29,913 nucleotides of DNA, from assembly GCA_013043995.1 (NCBI GenBank), contig JABEVL010000029.1, positions 1 to 29,913 on the forward strand, read 5' to 3'. Positions within the stretch are counted from its first letter, which is position 1. Each line of letters opens with the position of its first letter. The notes beneath the pieces are model-generated. The model had not been told where the DNA came from. It did no database searches and worked only from the letters and a program-made list of their open reading frames with translations. A program made the position numbers and the translations under genes. Of the stretch, positions 1 to 10,126 are shown one piece after another. The DNA is from Spirochaetales bacterium (GTDB lineage: Bacteria; Spirochaetota; Spirochaetia; JABEVK01).

Positions 1-1
1 T

Positions 2-2266
2 CGTTCCGTTGGTGAACTTTTGGCCAACGTGATGAAGACGGCCTTCACCCGGATGGAGCGCATCGCCAAGGAGCGGATGACCCTCAAGGAAATCGAGACC
101 TTGAAGCCTCAGGACCTCGTCTCAATCAAGCCCGTCGTTGCCGCTATCAAAGAATTCTTTGGTTCCAGTCAGCTGTCACAGTTTATGGACCAGGTTAATC
201 CTCTGGCGGAATTGACGCATAAGCGCCGTTTGAACGCCTTGGGACCGGGTGGTCTTTCCAGGGATCGCGCCGGTTTCGAGGTCCGAGACGTTCACTACAC
301 GCACTACGGCCGGATGTGCCCCATTGAAACTCCTGAAGGGCCGAACATCGGTCTGATTGTTTCTTTGGCCAGCTACACCCGAGTCAACGACTACGGCTTC
401 CTTGAAACACCCTACCGCAAGGTTGAAAACGGCAAGGCTTCAAAAAAGATCGAATACCTTTCAGCGATTGACGAAGAAAAGTATTACATCGCCCAGGCTG
501 GAGCCAAAATCAGTGCTGAGGGTGTCTTTTTCGAAGATCAGGTTTCCTGCCGTAAGGCCGGTGACTACACCTCGAAAGAACCTGCGGCCATCCAGTACAT
601 GGACGTTTCCCCAAAACAAATCATTTCTGTTTCTTCCGCGTTGATCCCTTTCTTGGAGCATGACGACGCTAACCGGGCCCTGATGGGTTCGAATATGCAA
701 CGTCAGGCTGTTCCTCTTCTTTTTCCCGATCCTCCGATTGTTGGAACGGGTATGGAGCGCAAGGCCGCTTACGATTCGGGGGTCTTGGTTAAGGCCAAGC
801 GTCCCGGGGTTGTAACCCATGTTTCTTCTACCCATATTCATGTTCAGCCTGACGGGGCCAAAGATCCCTCTGAGCGCGACCTGTACGAGCTGATCAAATA
901 CGCTCGGACGAACCAGGACACCTGCTTCAATCACAGGCCGATTGTTCGGGAAGGTGACATTGTTGCCAAAGGTACTGTTCTGGCTGACGGTCCCGCCACT
1001 TTGGACGGTGAGTTGGCTTTGGGGCGCAATTTGCTTTTGGGCTTTGTTCCTTGGAACGGCTACAATTATGAGGACGCTATTCTGATTTCCGAGCGAGTTG
1101 TCAAGGAAGACGTCTTCACCTCCATCCATATCAAAGAATTTTCTACCGAAATCCGTGAAACGAAACTTGGCCCCGAGCGGATTACCCGCGACGTGCCGAA
1201 TTGTTCCGAAAAGGCTCTCGAAGACCTGGACGAGGAAGGCGTCGTGCGCATCGGCGCCAGGGTGACGGCGGGTTCGATCCTTGTTGGAAAGGTGACTCCC
1301 AAGTCAGAAACAGAGACGACGCCGGAGTATAAACTCCTGAATTCGATCTTTGGTGAAAAAGCCAAGGACGTCAAAGACTCTTCGTTGCGCCTTCCGCACG
1401 GGATCGAGGGGACGATCATCGACATCCAGCGTTTGAAACGTTCCGAGGGTGATGACCTCCCTCCCGGGGTCGACGAAGTTGTGAAAGTTCTTGTGGCCAA
1501 AAAGCGCAAACTCCGGGAAGGTGACAAGATGGCAGGCCGCCACGGTAACAAAGGTGTTGTGGCCCGCATTTTGCCTGTTGAAGACATGCCCTTCCTCGAG
1601 GACGGTACCTCGCTGGATATCTGCTTGAACCCCTTGGGCGTTCCTTCTCGAATGAACTTGGGGCAGATTTTGGAATCCGAGTTGGGTATGGCGGGTTATC
1701 TTTTGGGTGAACACTACTCCACTCCTGTTTTCCAGTCAGCCAGCGCAGAAATGATCGAAGACAAGCTGGAACAGTCGGGTTTTTCCCGCACGTGTAAGGC
1801 CATTCTTCGGGACGGCCGTACGGGCGTTCCCTTTGTGAACCCAGTCATGGTCGGGATTATGTACGTCTTGAAGTTGCACCACCTGGTCGACGACAAGATG
1901 CACGCCCGATCGACAGGACCCTACTCCTTGGTCACACAGCAACCCTTGGGCGGCAAAGCGCAGTTCGGTGGGCAGCGGTTGGGTGAAATGGAAGTCTGGG
2001 CACTTGAGGCTTATGGCGCTGCGAACACTTTGCAGGAGCTCCTGACGATCAAGTCCGACGACATGACCGGACGCGCCAAAATCTACGAGGCGATCGTCAA
2101 GGGCGAAGCCACGAGCGCTGCGGGGATTCCCGAATCGTTCAACGTGCTGGTGCAAGAATTAAGGGGATTAGGCCTGGATATGTCCATTTTTGACGCCAAG
2201 GAGCGCCAAATTCCCCTGACTGAACGGGACGAAGAATTGATAGCCAAACAGGGCAGCGCCTTTTAA
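2..2266 (+). CDS. rpoB: RNA polymerase beta subunit, 3' part (gene begins before the window)
   Basis: Open frame from the window edge ([10 protein letters not shown]...). Contains the Rif cluster [40 protein letters not shown] and [19 protein letters not shown]. Confidence 0.99.
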   Translation, partial: RSVGELLANVMKTAFTRMERIAKERMTLKEIETLKPQDLVSIKPVVAAIKEFFGSSQLSQFMDQVNPLAELTHKRRLNALGPGGLSRDRAGFEVRDVHYTHYGRMCPIETPEGPNIGLIVSLASYTRVNDYGFLETPYRKVENGKASKKIEYLSAIDEEKYYIAQAGAKISAEGVFFEDQVSCRKAGDYTSKEPAAIQYMDVSPKQIISVSSALIPFLEHDDANRALMGSNMQRQAVPLLFPDPPIVGTGMERKAAYDSGVLVKAKRPGVVTHVSSTHIHVQPDGAKDPSERDLYELIKYARTNQDTCFNHRPIVREGDIVAKGTVLADGPATLDGELALGRNLLLGFVPWNGYNYEDAILISERVVKEDVFTSIHIKEFSTEIRETKLGPERITRDVPNCSEKALEDLDEEGVVRIGARVTAGSILVGKVTPKSETETTPEYKLLNSIFGEKAKDVKDSSLRLPHGIEGTIIDIQRLKRSEGDDLPPGVDEVVKVLVAKKRKLREGDKMAGRHGNKGVVARILPVEDMPFLEDGTSLDICLNPLGVPSRMNLGQILESELGMAGYLLGEHYSTPVFQSASAEMIEDKLEQSGFSRTCKAILRDGRTGVPFVNPVMVGIMYVLKLHHLVDDKMHARSTGPYSLVTQQPLGGKAQFGGQRLGEMEVWALEAYGAANTLQELLTIKSDDMTGRAKIYEAIVKGEATSAAGIPESFNVLVQELRGLGLDMSIFDAKERQIPLTERDEELIAKQGSAF

Positions 2267-2287
2267 TCGGATCGACGGGAGCACCTC

Positions 2288-5200
2288 ATGAGAGATATTC
2301 AAGAATTTGACAGCATTTTGATCAAGCTGGCCTCGCCGGAACAGATCCGGGCGTGGTCGTACGGCGAAGTCAAGAAACCAGAAACCATTAACTACAGAAC
2401 CCTCAGACCCGAAAAAGACGGTCTGTTCTGTGAGAGAATCTTTGGTACGACGAAAGAGTGGGAGTGTTACTGCGGAAAGTTCAAGTCCATCCGCTATAAG
2501 GGCGTCATTTGCGACAGGTGCGGCGTTGAGGTCACGCACTTTAAGGTCCGCCGCGAAAGAATGGGGCACATTGAGCTCGCCAGTCCCGTTTCTCATATTT
2601 GGTATTACCGCTCTGTGCCCAGCCGCATGGGCTTGCTTCTCGATCTTCCCATTGCAGCGTTGCGCTCCATTCTCTACTACGAAAAATACATCGTTACTGA
2701 CGCCGGTGATACGGACCTGAAACGTGGGCAGTTGTTGACAGAAGAAGAGTACATGGAAGCCCAGGACAGGTACGGGATGACCTTCAGCGCCGGAATTGGT
2801 GCCGAAGCAATTCGTACGATGCTAGATACGCTCAATTTGGATCAGATGTCGGCAACCTTGCGTCAAAAGATGGTCGAGAAGGGCAACAAGGTTGACAAGC
2901 GTCTTTTGAAGCGGATCGAAATCGTCGAGAATTTCCGCGACTCCGGCAACAAGCCGAGCTGGATGATCATGGATGTTATTCCGGTGATACCGCCGGAACT
3001 GCGCCCCATGGTTCAGCTCGATGGAGGCCGTTTTGCCACTTCCGACCTGAACGACCTCTACCGGCGTGTGATCAACAGAAATAACCGGTTGAAACGACTC
3101 ATCGCCCTCAACGCTCCTGACATCATCATCCGGAACGAAAAAAGGATGCTGCAGGAAGCTGTGGACGCTTTGTTTGACAACAGTAAAAAGAAAAAAGTTG
3201 TCAAAGGGGCTTCGAACCGTCCGCTTAAGTCACTCTCTGACCTTCTGAAGGGCAAGCAAGGTCGTTTCCGCCAAAACTTGCTGGGAAAGCGCGTCGATTA
3301 CTCGGGACGTTCTGTCATCGTCGTCGGCCCCGAACTGAAACTCCATCAGTGCGGTCTGCCGGCCAAGATGGCCCTCGAACTTTTCAAGCCCTTCATCATG
3401 AAAAAGCTTGTCGAAAAAGACGTTGTTTACAACATCAAAAAGGCCAAGACCCTCGTCGAACAAGAAACGGAAGAAGTCTGGGCGATTCTGGACGACGTCG
3501 TGAAAGAACACCCCATCCTTTTGAATCGTGCGCCGACTTTGCACCGTTTGGGAATTCAAGCTTTCGAGCCTGTTCTTGTCGAAGGTAAGGCGATTGAGCT
3601 CCACCCCCTGGTTTGCCACGCTTACAACGCCGACTTTGACGGCGACCAGATGGCCGTTCACGTTCCTTTGACCCAGGCTGCGCAGATTGAGTGCTGGACT
3701 TTGATGCTGGCTCCCAACAACCTCTTGAACCCTGCCAACGGAACCCCCATCGTCTTCCCCTCGCAGGACATGGTTTTGGGGATCAACTACTTGACTCGTG
3801 CCATGCCCAAGGCCCAGGGTTCGGGACGTCTTTACTCAAGTCTTGAAGAAGTTCAGATGGCCGTTGAGGCTGGAGCATTGCACTATCAAGCCCCGATCCG
3901 CTGCCGCCACCGAAAAATGGGCGACGCCTACTTCGAGACAACTGCGGGTCGGCTGATTCTCAATGATGAGCTGCCCGAGGAAATTGAGTTTGTCAATGAA
4001 GCTATGGGTGACAAGCAGATTAAAGCCTTCATCGCCCGTGTCTACGCCAAGCATGGTCCCTACTTGACCGTCCGCATGCTCGACATCATCAAAAACATGG
4101 GATTCCGGTATGCGACGATCTTTGGGGCGTCCATCGGTCTTGCCGACGTTGTGATTCCCAAGGAAAAGTCCACCCTGATCAAGGGCGCTAACGACGAAGT
4201 GGCTAAAATTCAGCGCCAGTACCTCGACGGTGTTATCACGGGCGAGGAACGCTACAACAAGGTCGTTGACACCTGGTCCAAGACCAACGACGAGCTGACC
4301 GACATCATGATGAAGACCCTCAAACAAGACAAGGACGGTTTCAACTCGATTTACATGATGGCCGACTCGGGAGCGCGAGGTTCCAAGAACCAAATTCGTC
4401 AGTTGGCAGGTATGCGCGGTTTGATGGCGAAGCCCTCAGGCGATATCATTGAACTCCCCATCCGTTCGAACTTTAAAGAAGGTCTCTCGGTTATCGAATT
4501 TTTTATCTCGACGAACGGTGCTCGAAAAGGTCTGGCGGACACGGCTCTTAAAACAGCCGACGCCGGCTACCTGACTAGAAGGCTGGTCGACATCGCGCAG
4601 GACGTCGTGGTGAACGACGAGGACTGCGGTACGATCAACGGTATCGACGTTTCGGCCATCAAGGATGGTGAGGAGGTTCGTGAATCTCTCTCCGAGCGCA
4701 TTTCGGGCCGATTTACCCTGGAGCGCGTCAAGCATCCCATCACCGGTGAAATTATCGTCGACGTCAACGAAGAGATATCGAACGAAAAAGCTCTGGCGAT
4801 TGAAGAATTGGGCATTGAAACTGTCCGGGTTCGTTCTGTCCTGACCTGTGAAGCCAAGCATGGGGTCTGTCAAAGATGCTACGGCCGAAATTTGGCAACC
4901 AACAGGACTGTCAATATCGGCGAAGCTGTCGGTATTATCGCGGCGCAGTCCATCGGCCAGCCTGGTACTCAGCTCACGATGCGAACCTTCCATATCGGCG
5001 GTGTTGCAACAAAGGGTGCCGAAGAAAACAAAACGGTCCTCAAGTACCCCGTCATCGTCAAAGAGGTCCGAGGAAGCTCGGTGCCGCAGCAAGACGGAAA
5101 CCTTCTTTTCACGCGTAAAGGAAGCCTGACCGTGGCGAAAATTTTCGACACGATTGAGGTGGGTGCCGGCGATAAACTCGTTGTCCAGGAAGGACAAAAG

Positions 5201-6550
5201 GTGATCGACGGTTTGCCTCTGATCGAACGAAAGGGTCAAACTGTCACCTCAAAACATATTGCCTTTGTCTACATCAAGGACAAACGCCTTTTCCTGGTCT
5301 CACAGGAGATGAAGGTCGAGATTCGAAACGGCTCGACGCTTTTTGTCAAAGCAGGCGACGTCGTTGCCGCGAATGAAACACTTGCGACTTTTGACCAGTT
5401 TGCCGAGCCGATCATCGCTGAAGCAACCGGGATTGTCAAATTTAAGGATATCATCCTCGGAACGACACTGCGCGAAGAAGTAAACCCCGACACGGGAAAC
5501 ATCGAAAAGAAAATTACGGACTACGCCCTGGAAGAACTCGATCCTGCTATTTTCATTCTGGATGAGAATAATCTTGATAAGGTTTTGGCGTCCTACGTTC
5601 TTCCTGGCGGAGCCTACCTTTCGATTGAAGAGGGGACCAAGGTCCGCAGCGGCGCCGTGCTGGCCAAGTTGCTCAAAGAATCAGGCAAAACCCAGGATAT
5701 TACGGGTGGTTTGCCCCGAGTTCAGGAGCTTTTTGAGGCGCGCCGGCCCAAAAGCGGTGCTGTGCTTTCCAAAATTAGCGGTATTGCACGTCTGAAGCCG
5801 ATATCAAAAGGGAAGCGAATTATTGAGATCGAAGATCCTTACGGTGGCATTCATTTGCACAAGGTTCCCGTCGGAAAGCTTCTTCTCGTCCGCGACGGTG
5901 ACCCTGTAGAAGCCGGCGAACCCTTGTGTGACGGTACGGTTGACCCCCACGATGTGCTGGAAGTTTCGGGGGAAAACGCCTTGCAGGCGTTCTTAGTCAA
6001 CGAAGTTCAAGGAATTTACCGCCTTCAGGGTGTCAAAATCGACGACAAACACATCGGAATCATCATTCGTCAGATGATGCGTAAGGTCGAAATCATGGAA
6101 GTCGGCGACACCAAGTTTATTTTTGGTCAGTCGGTGGATAAGTACAACTTCCACAGGGAAAATGAACGGATCGTTCGCGAAGGTGGTCAGGCCGCCGTGG
6201 CTCGGCCTCTGCTTTTGGGGATCACCCGCGCTTCCCTCAACATCGAGTCGTTTATTTCTGCAGCTTCTTTCCAGGAGACGACAAAGGTGCTCACAAATGC
6301 GGCCATCGCCGGAAAAATTGATGAGCTCCGCGGCTTGAAGGAAAATGTCATCATCGGGCACCTGATACCTGCCGGTACTGGGATGAAGAAATATAAAAAT
6401 CTCAGGTTGTTCGATCAAAACCGGGAAGACTTGGACGCTCACATCGCTGAAATTCTTGAAACCCGCCGACGCGACAAAGAACAGGCGGCCCTCGAAGAAA
6501 ATCGTAAAGCGATGGCGATGATGGAAGAGGAGTCTGACGACGAAGAATGA
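2288..6550 (+). CDS. rpoC: RNA polymerase beta' subunit
   Basis: N-terminal zinc site CYCGK...CDRC, catalytic [35 protein letters not shown]-like [12 protein letters not shown]; SD GGAG upstream. Confidence 0.99.
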   Translation: MRDIQEFDSILIKLASPEQIRAWSYGEVKKPETINYRTLRPEKDGLFCERIFGTTKEWECYCGKFKSIRYKGVICDRCGVEVTHFKVRRERMGHIELASPVSHIWYYRSVPSRMGLLLDLPIAALRSILYYEKYIVTDAGDTDLKRGQLLTEEEYMEAQDRYGMTFSAGIGAEAIRTMLDTLNLDQMSATLRQKMVEKGNKVDKRLLKRIEIVENFRDSGNKPSWMIMDVIPVIPPELRPMVQLDGGRFATSDLNDLYRRVINRNNRLKRLIALNAPDIIIRNEKRMLQEAVDALFDNSKKKKVVKGASNRPLKSLSDLLKGKQGRFRQNLLGKRVDYSGRSVIVVGPELKLHQCGLPAKMALELFKPFIMKKLVEKDVVYNIKKAKTLVEQETEEVWAILDDVVKEHPILLNRAPTLHRLGIQAFEPVLVEGKAIELHPLVCHAYNADFDGDQMAVHVPLTQAAQIECWTLMLAPNNLLNPANGTPIVFPSQDMVLGINYLTRAMPKAQGSGRLYSSLEEVQMAVEAGALHYQAPIRCRHRKMGDAYFETTAGRLILNDELPEEIEFVNEAMGDKQIKAFIARVYAKHGPYLTVRMLDIIKNMGFRYATIFGASIGLADVVIPKEKSTLIKGANDEVAKIQRQYLDGVITGEERYNKVVDTWSKTNDELTDIMMKTLKQDKDGFNSIYMMADSGARGSKNQIRQLAGMRGLMAKPSGDIIELPIRSNFKEGLSVIEFFISTNGARKGLADTALKTADAGYLTRRLVDIAQDVVVNDEDCGTINGIDVSAIKDGEEVRESLSERISGRFTLERVKHPITGEIIVDVNEEISNEKALAIEELGIETVRVRSVLTCEAKHGVCQRCYGRNLATNRTVNIGEAVGIIAAQSIGQPGTQLTMRTFHIGGVATKGAEENKTVLKYPVIVKEVRGSSVPQQDGNLLFTRKGSLTVAKIFDTIEVGAGDKLVVQEGQKVIDGLPLIERKGQTVTSKHIAFVYIKDKRLFLVSQEMKVEIRNGSTLFVKAGDVVAANETLATFDQFAEPIIAEATGIVKFKDIILGTTLREEVNPDTGNIEKKITDYALEELDPAIFILDENNLDKVLASYVLPGGAYLSIEEGTKVRSGAVLAKLLKESGKTQDITGGLPRVQELFEARRPKSGAVLSKISGIARLKPISKGKRIIEIEDPYGGIHLHKVPVGKLLLVRDGDPVEAGEPLCDGTVDPHDVLEVSGENALQAFLVNEVQGIYRLQGVKIDDKHIGIIIRQMMRKVEIMEVGDTKFIFGQSVDKYNFHRENERIVREGGQAAVARPLLLGITRASLNIESFISAASFQETTKVLTNAAIAGKIDELRGLKENVIIGHLIPAGTGMKKYKNLRLFDQNREDLDAHIAEILETRRRDKEQAALEENRKAMAMMEEESDDEE

Positions 6551-6571
6551 AAGGGGGGCGGGGCAGGTCTC

Positions 6572-6601
6572 TTGCCCTGCCTGCCTGATCTGTGCTACTG
6601 T
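6572..6601 (+). promoter_or_regulatory. Possible sigma70 promoter for rpsL-rpsG
   Basis: TTGCCC (6572-6577), 18 bp spacer, extended -10 TGcTACTGT (6593-6601). Overlaps a GC-rich hairpin (6557-6581) that has no U-tract. Confidence 0.35.
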
Positions 6602-6701
6602 AACCTGATTTTCTGGGGCCCGACATGCTGACCTTTTGTTAAAAGGACGGGTACCCGGGATGGAATGTGGTTGCCATTGGCAACCTGTCATGGAGAGCTT
6701 C

Positions 6702-7076
6702 ATGCCTACCATTAACCAGTTGGTGCGCTCTGGTCGAGACAAGGTTCTTTCAAAAACCAAGTCTCCTGCTTTGCAATCCTGTCCTCAAAAACGTGGTGTT
6801 TGTACTCGTGTAATGACGGTTACACCCAAAAAACCGAACTCAGCTCTGAGAAAAGTTGCCCGTGTTCGCCTTTCCAACGGAATTGAAGTGACGGCTTACA
6901 TTCCTGGCATTGGGCACAACCTTCAGGAACACTCTGTTGTCGTGATTCGCGGCGGTAGGGTTAAGGACCTTCCGGGTGTTCGTTACCACATCATCCGTGG
7001 AGCCAAAGACGCTCTGGGTGTTGCTAAGCGGATGAGAAGTCGCTCAAAATACGGCGCAAAACGGCCAAAGGCGTAA
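6702..7076 (+). CDS. rpsL: 30S ribosomal protein S12
   Basis: [35 protein letters not shown]. Start placed at ATG 6702 (SD GGAG at 6692-6695), not the ORF-track TTG at 6636. Confidence 0.99.
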   Translation: MPTINQLVRSGRDKVLSKTKSPALQSCPQKRGVCTRVMTVTPKKPNSALRKVARVRLSNGIEVTAYIPGIGHNLQEHSVVVIRGGRVKDLPGVRYHIIRGAKDALGVAKRMRSRSKYGAKRPKA

Positions 7077-7089
7077 GGGGGATTTTTAA

Positions 7090-7560
7090 ATGCCGAGAAA
7101 AAGCTATGACGCAAACCGTCCTCTCTCTCCGGACCCCTTGCATAACTCCATTGTCGTGGCGAAATTTGTCCGCCGCATGATGCAGCACGGCCAGCTGATG
7201 ACCTCTCAAAAGATCCTTGAGGGTGCTTTTGGGATTCTGAAAGAAAAATCAGGCCGTGAACCTTTGGAAGTTTTTCTGAAGGCTCTTGATAACGTCAAGC
7301 CTGTTGTTGAGGTTAAGTCCCGCCGAGTTGGTGGGTCAACCTACCAAGTGCCTGTTGAAATTCGAGACTCTCGCCGCGAAGCCCTTTCGCACCGCTGGAT
7401 CATTCTTGCGAGCAGAGGACGGAGTGGAAAGTCGATGGCAGAGAAACTGGCTGCCGAGCTTTTTGATGCTTTTAATAACACAGGGACAGCCTTTAAGAAA
7501 AAAGAGGATACTCATCGCATGGCTGAGGCCAATAAAGCCTTCAGTCATTACAAGTGGTAG
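7090..7560 (+). CDS. rpsG: 30S ribosomal protein S7
   Basis: PDP..NS, VEVKSRRVGGSTYQVP, KKKEDTHRMAEANKAFSHY; follows rpsL. Confidence 0.98.
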   Translation: MPRKSYDANRPLSPDPLHNSIVVAKFVRRMMQHGQLMTSQKILEGAFGILKEKSGREPLEVFLKALDNVKPVVEVKSRRVGGSTYQVPVEIRDSRREALSHRWIILASRGRSGKSMAEKLAAELFDAFNNTGTAFKKKEDTHRMAEANKAFSHYKW

Positions 7561-7577
7561 ATTCTCTGATTTGATAG

Positions 7578-7606
7578 TTGACAGAAGTTTTGCAATCTGT
7601 TAGCTT
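7578..7606 (+). promoter_or_regulatory. sigma70 promoter upstream of the tuf leader
   Basis: Perfect TTGACA (7578-7583), 17 bp spacer, extended -10 TGtTAGCTT (7598-7606). Confidence 0.75.
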
Positions 7607-7612
7607 GTCCAA

Positions 7613-7931
7613 GAGTTTTTGACCCTTCGGGGCAAGTGCTAAAATAGGCTTAAGCCTCCTTTGGCACCTCTGCCGGAAGGTAGCGTTCTTTGGTGGTGTT
7701 TGAAAGAAAAGGCAAACTGCTGATTTTGTCAGTAAGTGCGTTTCTTGGATAAACCCAAGTCATTTTGACTGTTGTACTTACGACCGTCCGATGTCTAACC
7801 TCTTTGCGCACCTCTGGCAGAAAACGATAAAGATCATTTAAGATCTTTGCACCATTTTTTAATTAGAATGGTTTAAGTTTGAAACCTAATAGGTTGCTGT
7901 ACTTATTGAAAAATAAGCCAAGGAGGAAGGG
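7613..7931 (+). ncRNA. Candidate structured cis-regulatory 5' leader of the tuf-S10 operon (family unassigned)
   Basis: About ten short hairpins including cUUCGg, GGAA and GAAA tetraloops, plus a 10-bp long-range anti-SD/SD pairing (7655-7665 with 7917-7926). No ORF with an SD. No match by eye to RNA families I know. Confidence 0.5.
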
Positions 7932-9119
7932 ATGGCTAAGGAAAACTTCGTTCGTTCGAAGCCCCATATCAACGTTGGAACTATTGGTCACGTCGACCAT
8001 GGTAAAACGACCTTAACTGCTGCACTCACGTCTTACTGTGCTAAGAAGCATGGTGGAAAAGAAATGAAATACGAGGATATCGATAACGCTCCTGAAGAAA
8101 AAGAGCGCGGTATCACGATTAATACGCGGCACGTTGAGTACGAATCTAATGCTCGTCACTACGCCCACGTCGACTGTCCCGGACACGCTGACTATGTTAA
8201 AAACATGATCACGGGTGCTGCACAGATGGATGGTGCTATTCTTTTGGTTGCGGCCGACTCGGGTCCGGAGCCGCAAACGCGCGAACATATTCTTTTGGCT
8301 AAACAGGTCGGGGTTCCTAATATGGTCGTCTTCATGAACAAGATGGACCTTGCTGACCCTGAATTGGTTGAACTTGTTGAAATGGAAGTTCGAGATCTTT
8401 TGACTCTTTACGGGTTTAATGGTGAAAAAACTCCTTTTATCAAAGGTTCGGCTTTCAAGGCCATGTCTAATCCCAACGATCCTGAGGCGACAAAGTGTCT
8501 TGATGAGCTCCTTGAAACCATGGATAAGTACTTTATCATTCCTGAACGTCCTCTGGATAAACCTTTCCTGATGCCGATTGAAGACGTTTTTTCGATTTCT
8601 GGTCGCGGTACCGTTGTTACGGGCCGTGTCGAACAGGGTAAGGTTAAAATTGGTGATACTTGTGAAATTGTTGGAATTAAACCGACTCTTTCAACGGTTA
8701 TTACTGGCGTTGAAATGTTCAATAAAAATCTGGATGCGGGTCAGGCTGGCGATAATATCGGTGCTTTGTTGCGCGGTATTGAAAAGAACCAGGTGGAACG
8801 TGGTCAGGTTTTGGCAGCTCCTAAGTCTATTACGCCTCACACGAAATTTAAAGCGACAATTTACTGCTTGAGCAAGGAAGAGGGTGGCCGTCATAATCCG
8901 TTCTTCACTGGCTATCGCCCCCAGTTCTACTTCCGAACGACGGACGTAACGGGTTCGGTAACCCTTCCTGCTGATAAGCAAATGGTTATGCCTGGCGATA
9001 ACACGGAACTAACTGTCGAATTGATCCATCCTATTGCTATGGATAAAGGACTTCGCTTTGCCATCCGTGAAGGTGGACGCACTGTTGCTTCCGGCCAAGT
9101 TATTGAAGTTATTCAGTAA
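7932..9119 (+). CDS. tuf: Elongation factor Tu
   Basis: [22 protein letters not shown]. The [10 protein letters not shown] and [12 protein letters not shown] segments resemble Borrelia-type EF-Tu. Strong SD AAGGAGG. Confidence 0.99.
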   Translation: MAKENFVRSKPHINVGTIGHVDHGKTTLTAALTSYCAKKHGGKEMKYEDIDNAPEEKERGITINTRHVEYESNARHYAHVDCPGHADYVKNMITGAAQMDGAILLVAADSGPEPQTREHILLAKQVGVPNMVVFMNKMDLADPELVELVEMEVRDLLTLYGFNGEKTPFIKGSAFKAMSNPNDPEATKCLDELLETMDKYFIIPERPLDKPFLMPIEDVFSISGRGTVVTGRVEQGKVKIGDTCEIVGIKPTLSTVITGVEMFNKNLDAGQAGDNIGALLRGIEKNQVERGQVLAAPKSITPHTKFKATIYCLSKEEGGRHNPFFTGYRPQFYFRTTDVTGSVTLPADKQMVMPGDNTELTVELIHPIAMDKGLRFAIREGGRTVASGQVIEVIQ

Positions 9120-9131
9120 AAGAATGAGTAA

Positions 9132-9165
9132 AAGTTCCGTTCTTAGGAGCGGAACTTCTTTTTTT
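9132..9165 (+). terminator. Intrinsic terminator between tuf and rpsJ
   Basis: 11-bp stem AAGTTCCGTTC/GAGCGGAACTT, loop TTAG, followed by C and T7. Confidence 0.8.
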
Positions 9166-9176
9166 GGGAGATAGGG

Positions 9177-9485
9177 ATGGCAAGTGACAGAATTCGTGTA
9201 AGATTGCGCGGTTTCGATGTAGAGTTGGTTGATCAGAGTGCGAAAGCAATCGTGCAGACCGTAAACAAAGCGGGAACAAAGGTGGCAGGCCCTATTCCGC
9301 TTCCTACGAAGATCAATAAGTTTACTGTTTTGCGATCTCCTCACGTCAATAAAAAGTCTCGGGAACAATTTGAAATGCGAACGCACAAGCGTTTGATTGA
9401 TATTCTCGAGCCCACCCCCGCAGTTATGGAAGCTTTAATGAAATTAGAGCTCCCGGCTGGTGTCGATGTGGATATTAAGCAGTAA
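9177..9485 (+). CDS. rpsJ: 30S ribosomal protein S10 (NusE)
   Basis: [41 protein letters not shown]. Confidence 0.99.
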   Translation: MASDRIRVRLRGFDVELVDQSAKAIVQTVNKAGTKVAGPIPLPTKINKFTVLRSPHVNKKSREQFEMRTHKRLIDILEPTPAVMEALMKLELPAGVDVDIKQ

Positions 9486-9500
9486 TACTGAGGTTAGAAA

Positions 9501-10121
9501 ATGATCGGAGTTATCGGAAGAAAGATTGGGATGACTCAGGTTTTCGATGAAAGTGGAAAACTCACACCTGTCACCGTGATTAAAGTAGAACCGAATGTTG
9601 TTTTAGCTCAGCGTGAGATGGAAAAACATGGTTATAAGGCCTTGGTTGTTGGGACTACTCCTGCAAAAGAAAAGGCTTTAACAAAACCTGAACTAGGTCA
9701 ATTTGTCGAAGGTGTCGCTCCTCAACGTTTAGTTTTGGAGTTTCGTAACTTTGAAAAAGATTGCAAGGTTGGTGAAAGTTTTGGCCTTGAGCTTTTCGAA
9801 AATACTGGTTTTGTTGATGTGAGCGGTGTCTCGAAAGGAAAGGGTTTCCAAGGCGTTATGCGCCGCTACAACTTTAAGGGCGGTGAAGAGACTCATGGCT
9901 CTAAGTTTCACCGTGAGCCTGGATCGACGGGTCAGTCGACGACACCTCGTAAAACCTTTAAGGGTGTCAAGTTGCCCGGTCATATGGGCCGTGAAAAGGT
10001 TACGATTCTGAATCTTCGCATCGTTAAGGTTGATCAAGAAAATCAAGTTGTTCTGGTGAAGGGAGCTATTCCTGGAGCTAGAAATAGTTATGTTATTGTT
10101 CGTCATGCGGTAAAGAGGTAA
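9501..10121 (+). CDS. rplC: 50S ribosomal protein L3
   Basis: GRKIGMTQVF, SKGKGFQGVMRR, HREPGSTG, GHMG. Confidence 0.99.
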   Translation: MIGVIGRKIGMTQVFDESGKLTPVTVIKVEPNVVLAQREMEKHGYKALVVGTTPAKEKALTKPELGQFVEGVAPQRLVLEFRNFEKDCKVGESFGLELFENTGFVDVSGVSKGKGFQGVMRRYNFKGGEETHGSKFHREPGSTGQSTTPRKTFKGVKLPGHMGREKVTILNLRIVKVDQENQVVLVKGAIPGARNSYVIVRHAVKR

Positions 10122-10126
10122 GGGAT

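Noticed and set aside
6636-6701. 22-aa N-terminal extension of S12 in the ORF track
   Set aside because: S12 normally begins MPTINQL, and a good SD precedes ATG 6702.
461-6760. Long antisense and alternate-frame ORFs over rpoB/rpoC (e.g. 461-1129, 3836-4393, 4436-5239, 5993-6760)
   Set aside because: Shadow ORFs produced by the codon bias of conserved sense genes; no RBS and no recognisable domains.
7660-7745. Resemblance of the tuf leader to SRP RNA (CC-GGAA-GG), the c-di-GMP-I riboswitch (GGCAAAC), a glycine riboswitch, RNase P RNA or a tRNA
   Set aside because: The SRP CAGG/AGCA internal loop, the c-di-GMP GACGCAAAG, the RNase P GAAAGUCC and the tRNA T-loop/CCA are all absent.
7791-7841. 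16-codon ORF MSNLFAHLWQKTIKII in the tuf leader as a leader peptide
   Set aside because: No SD upstream and no telling codon run; not excluded without Ribo-seq.
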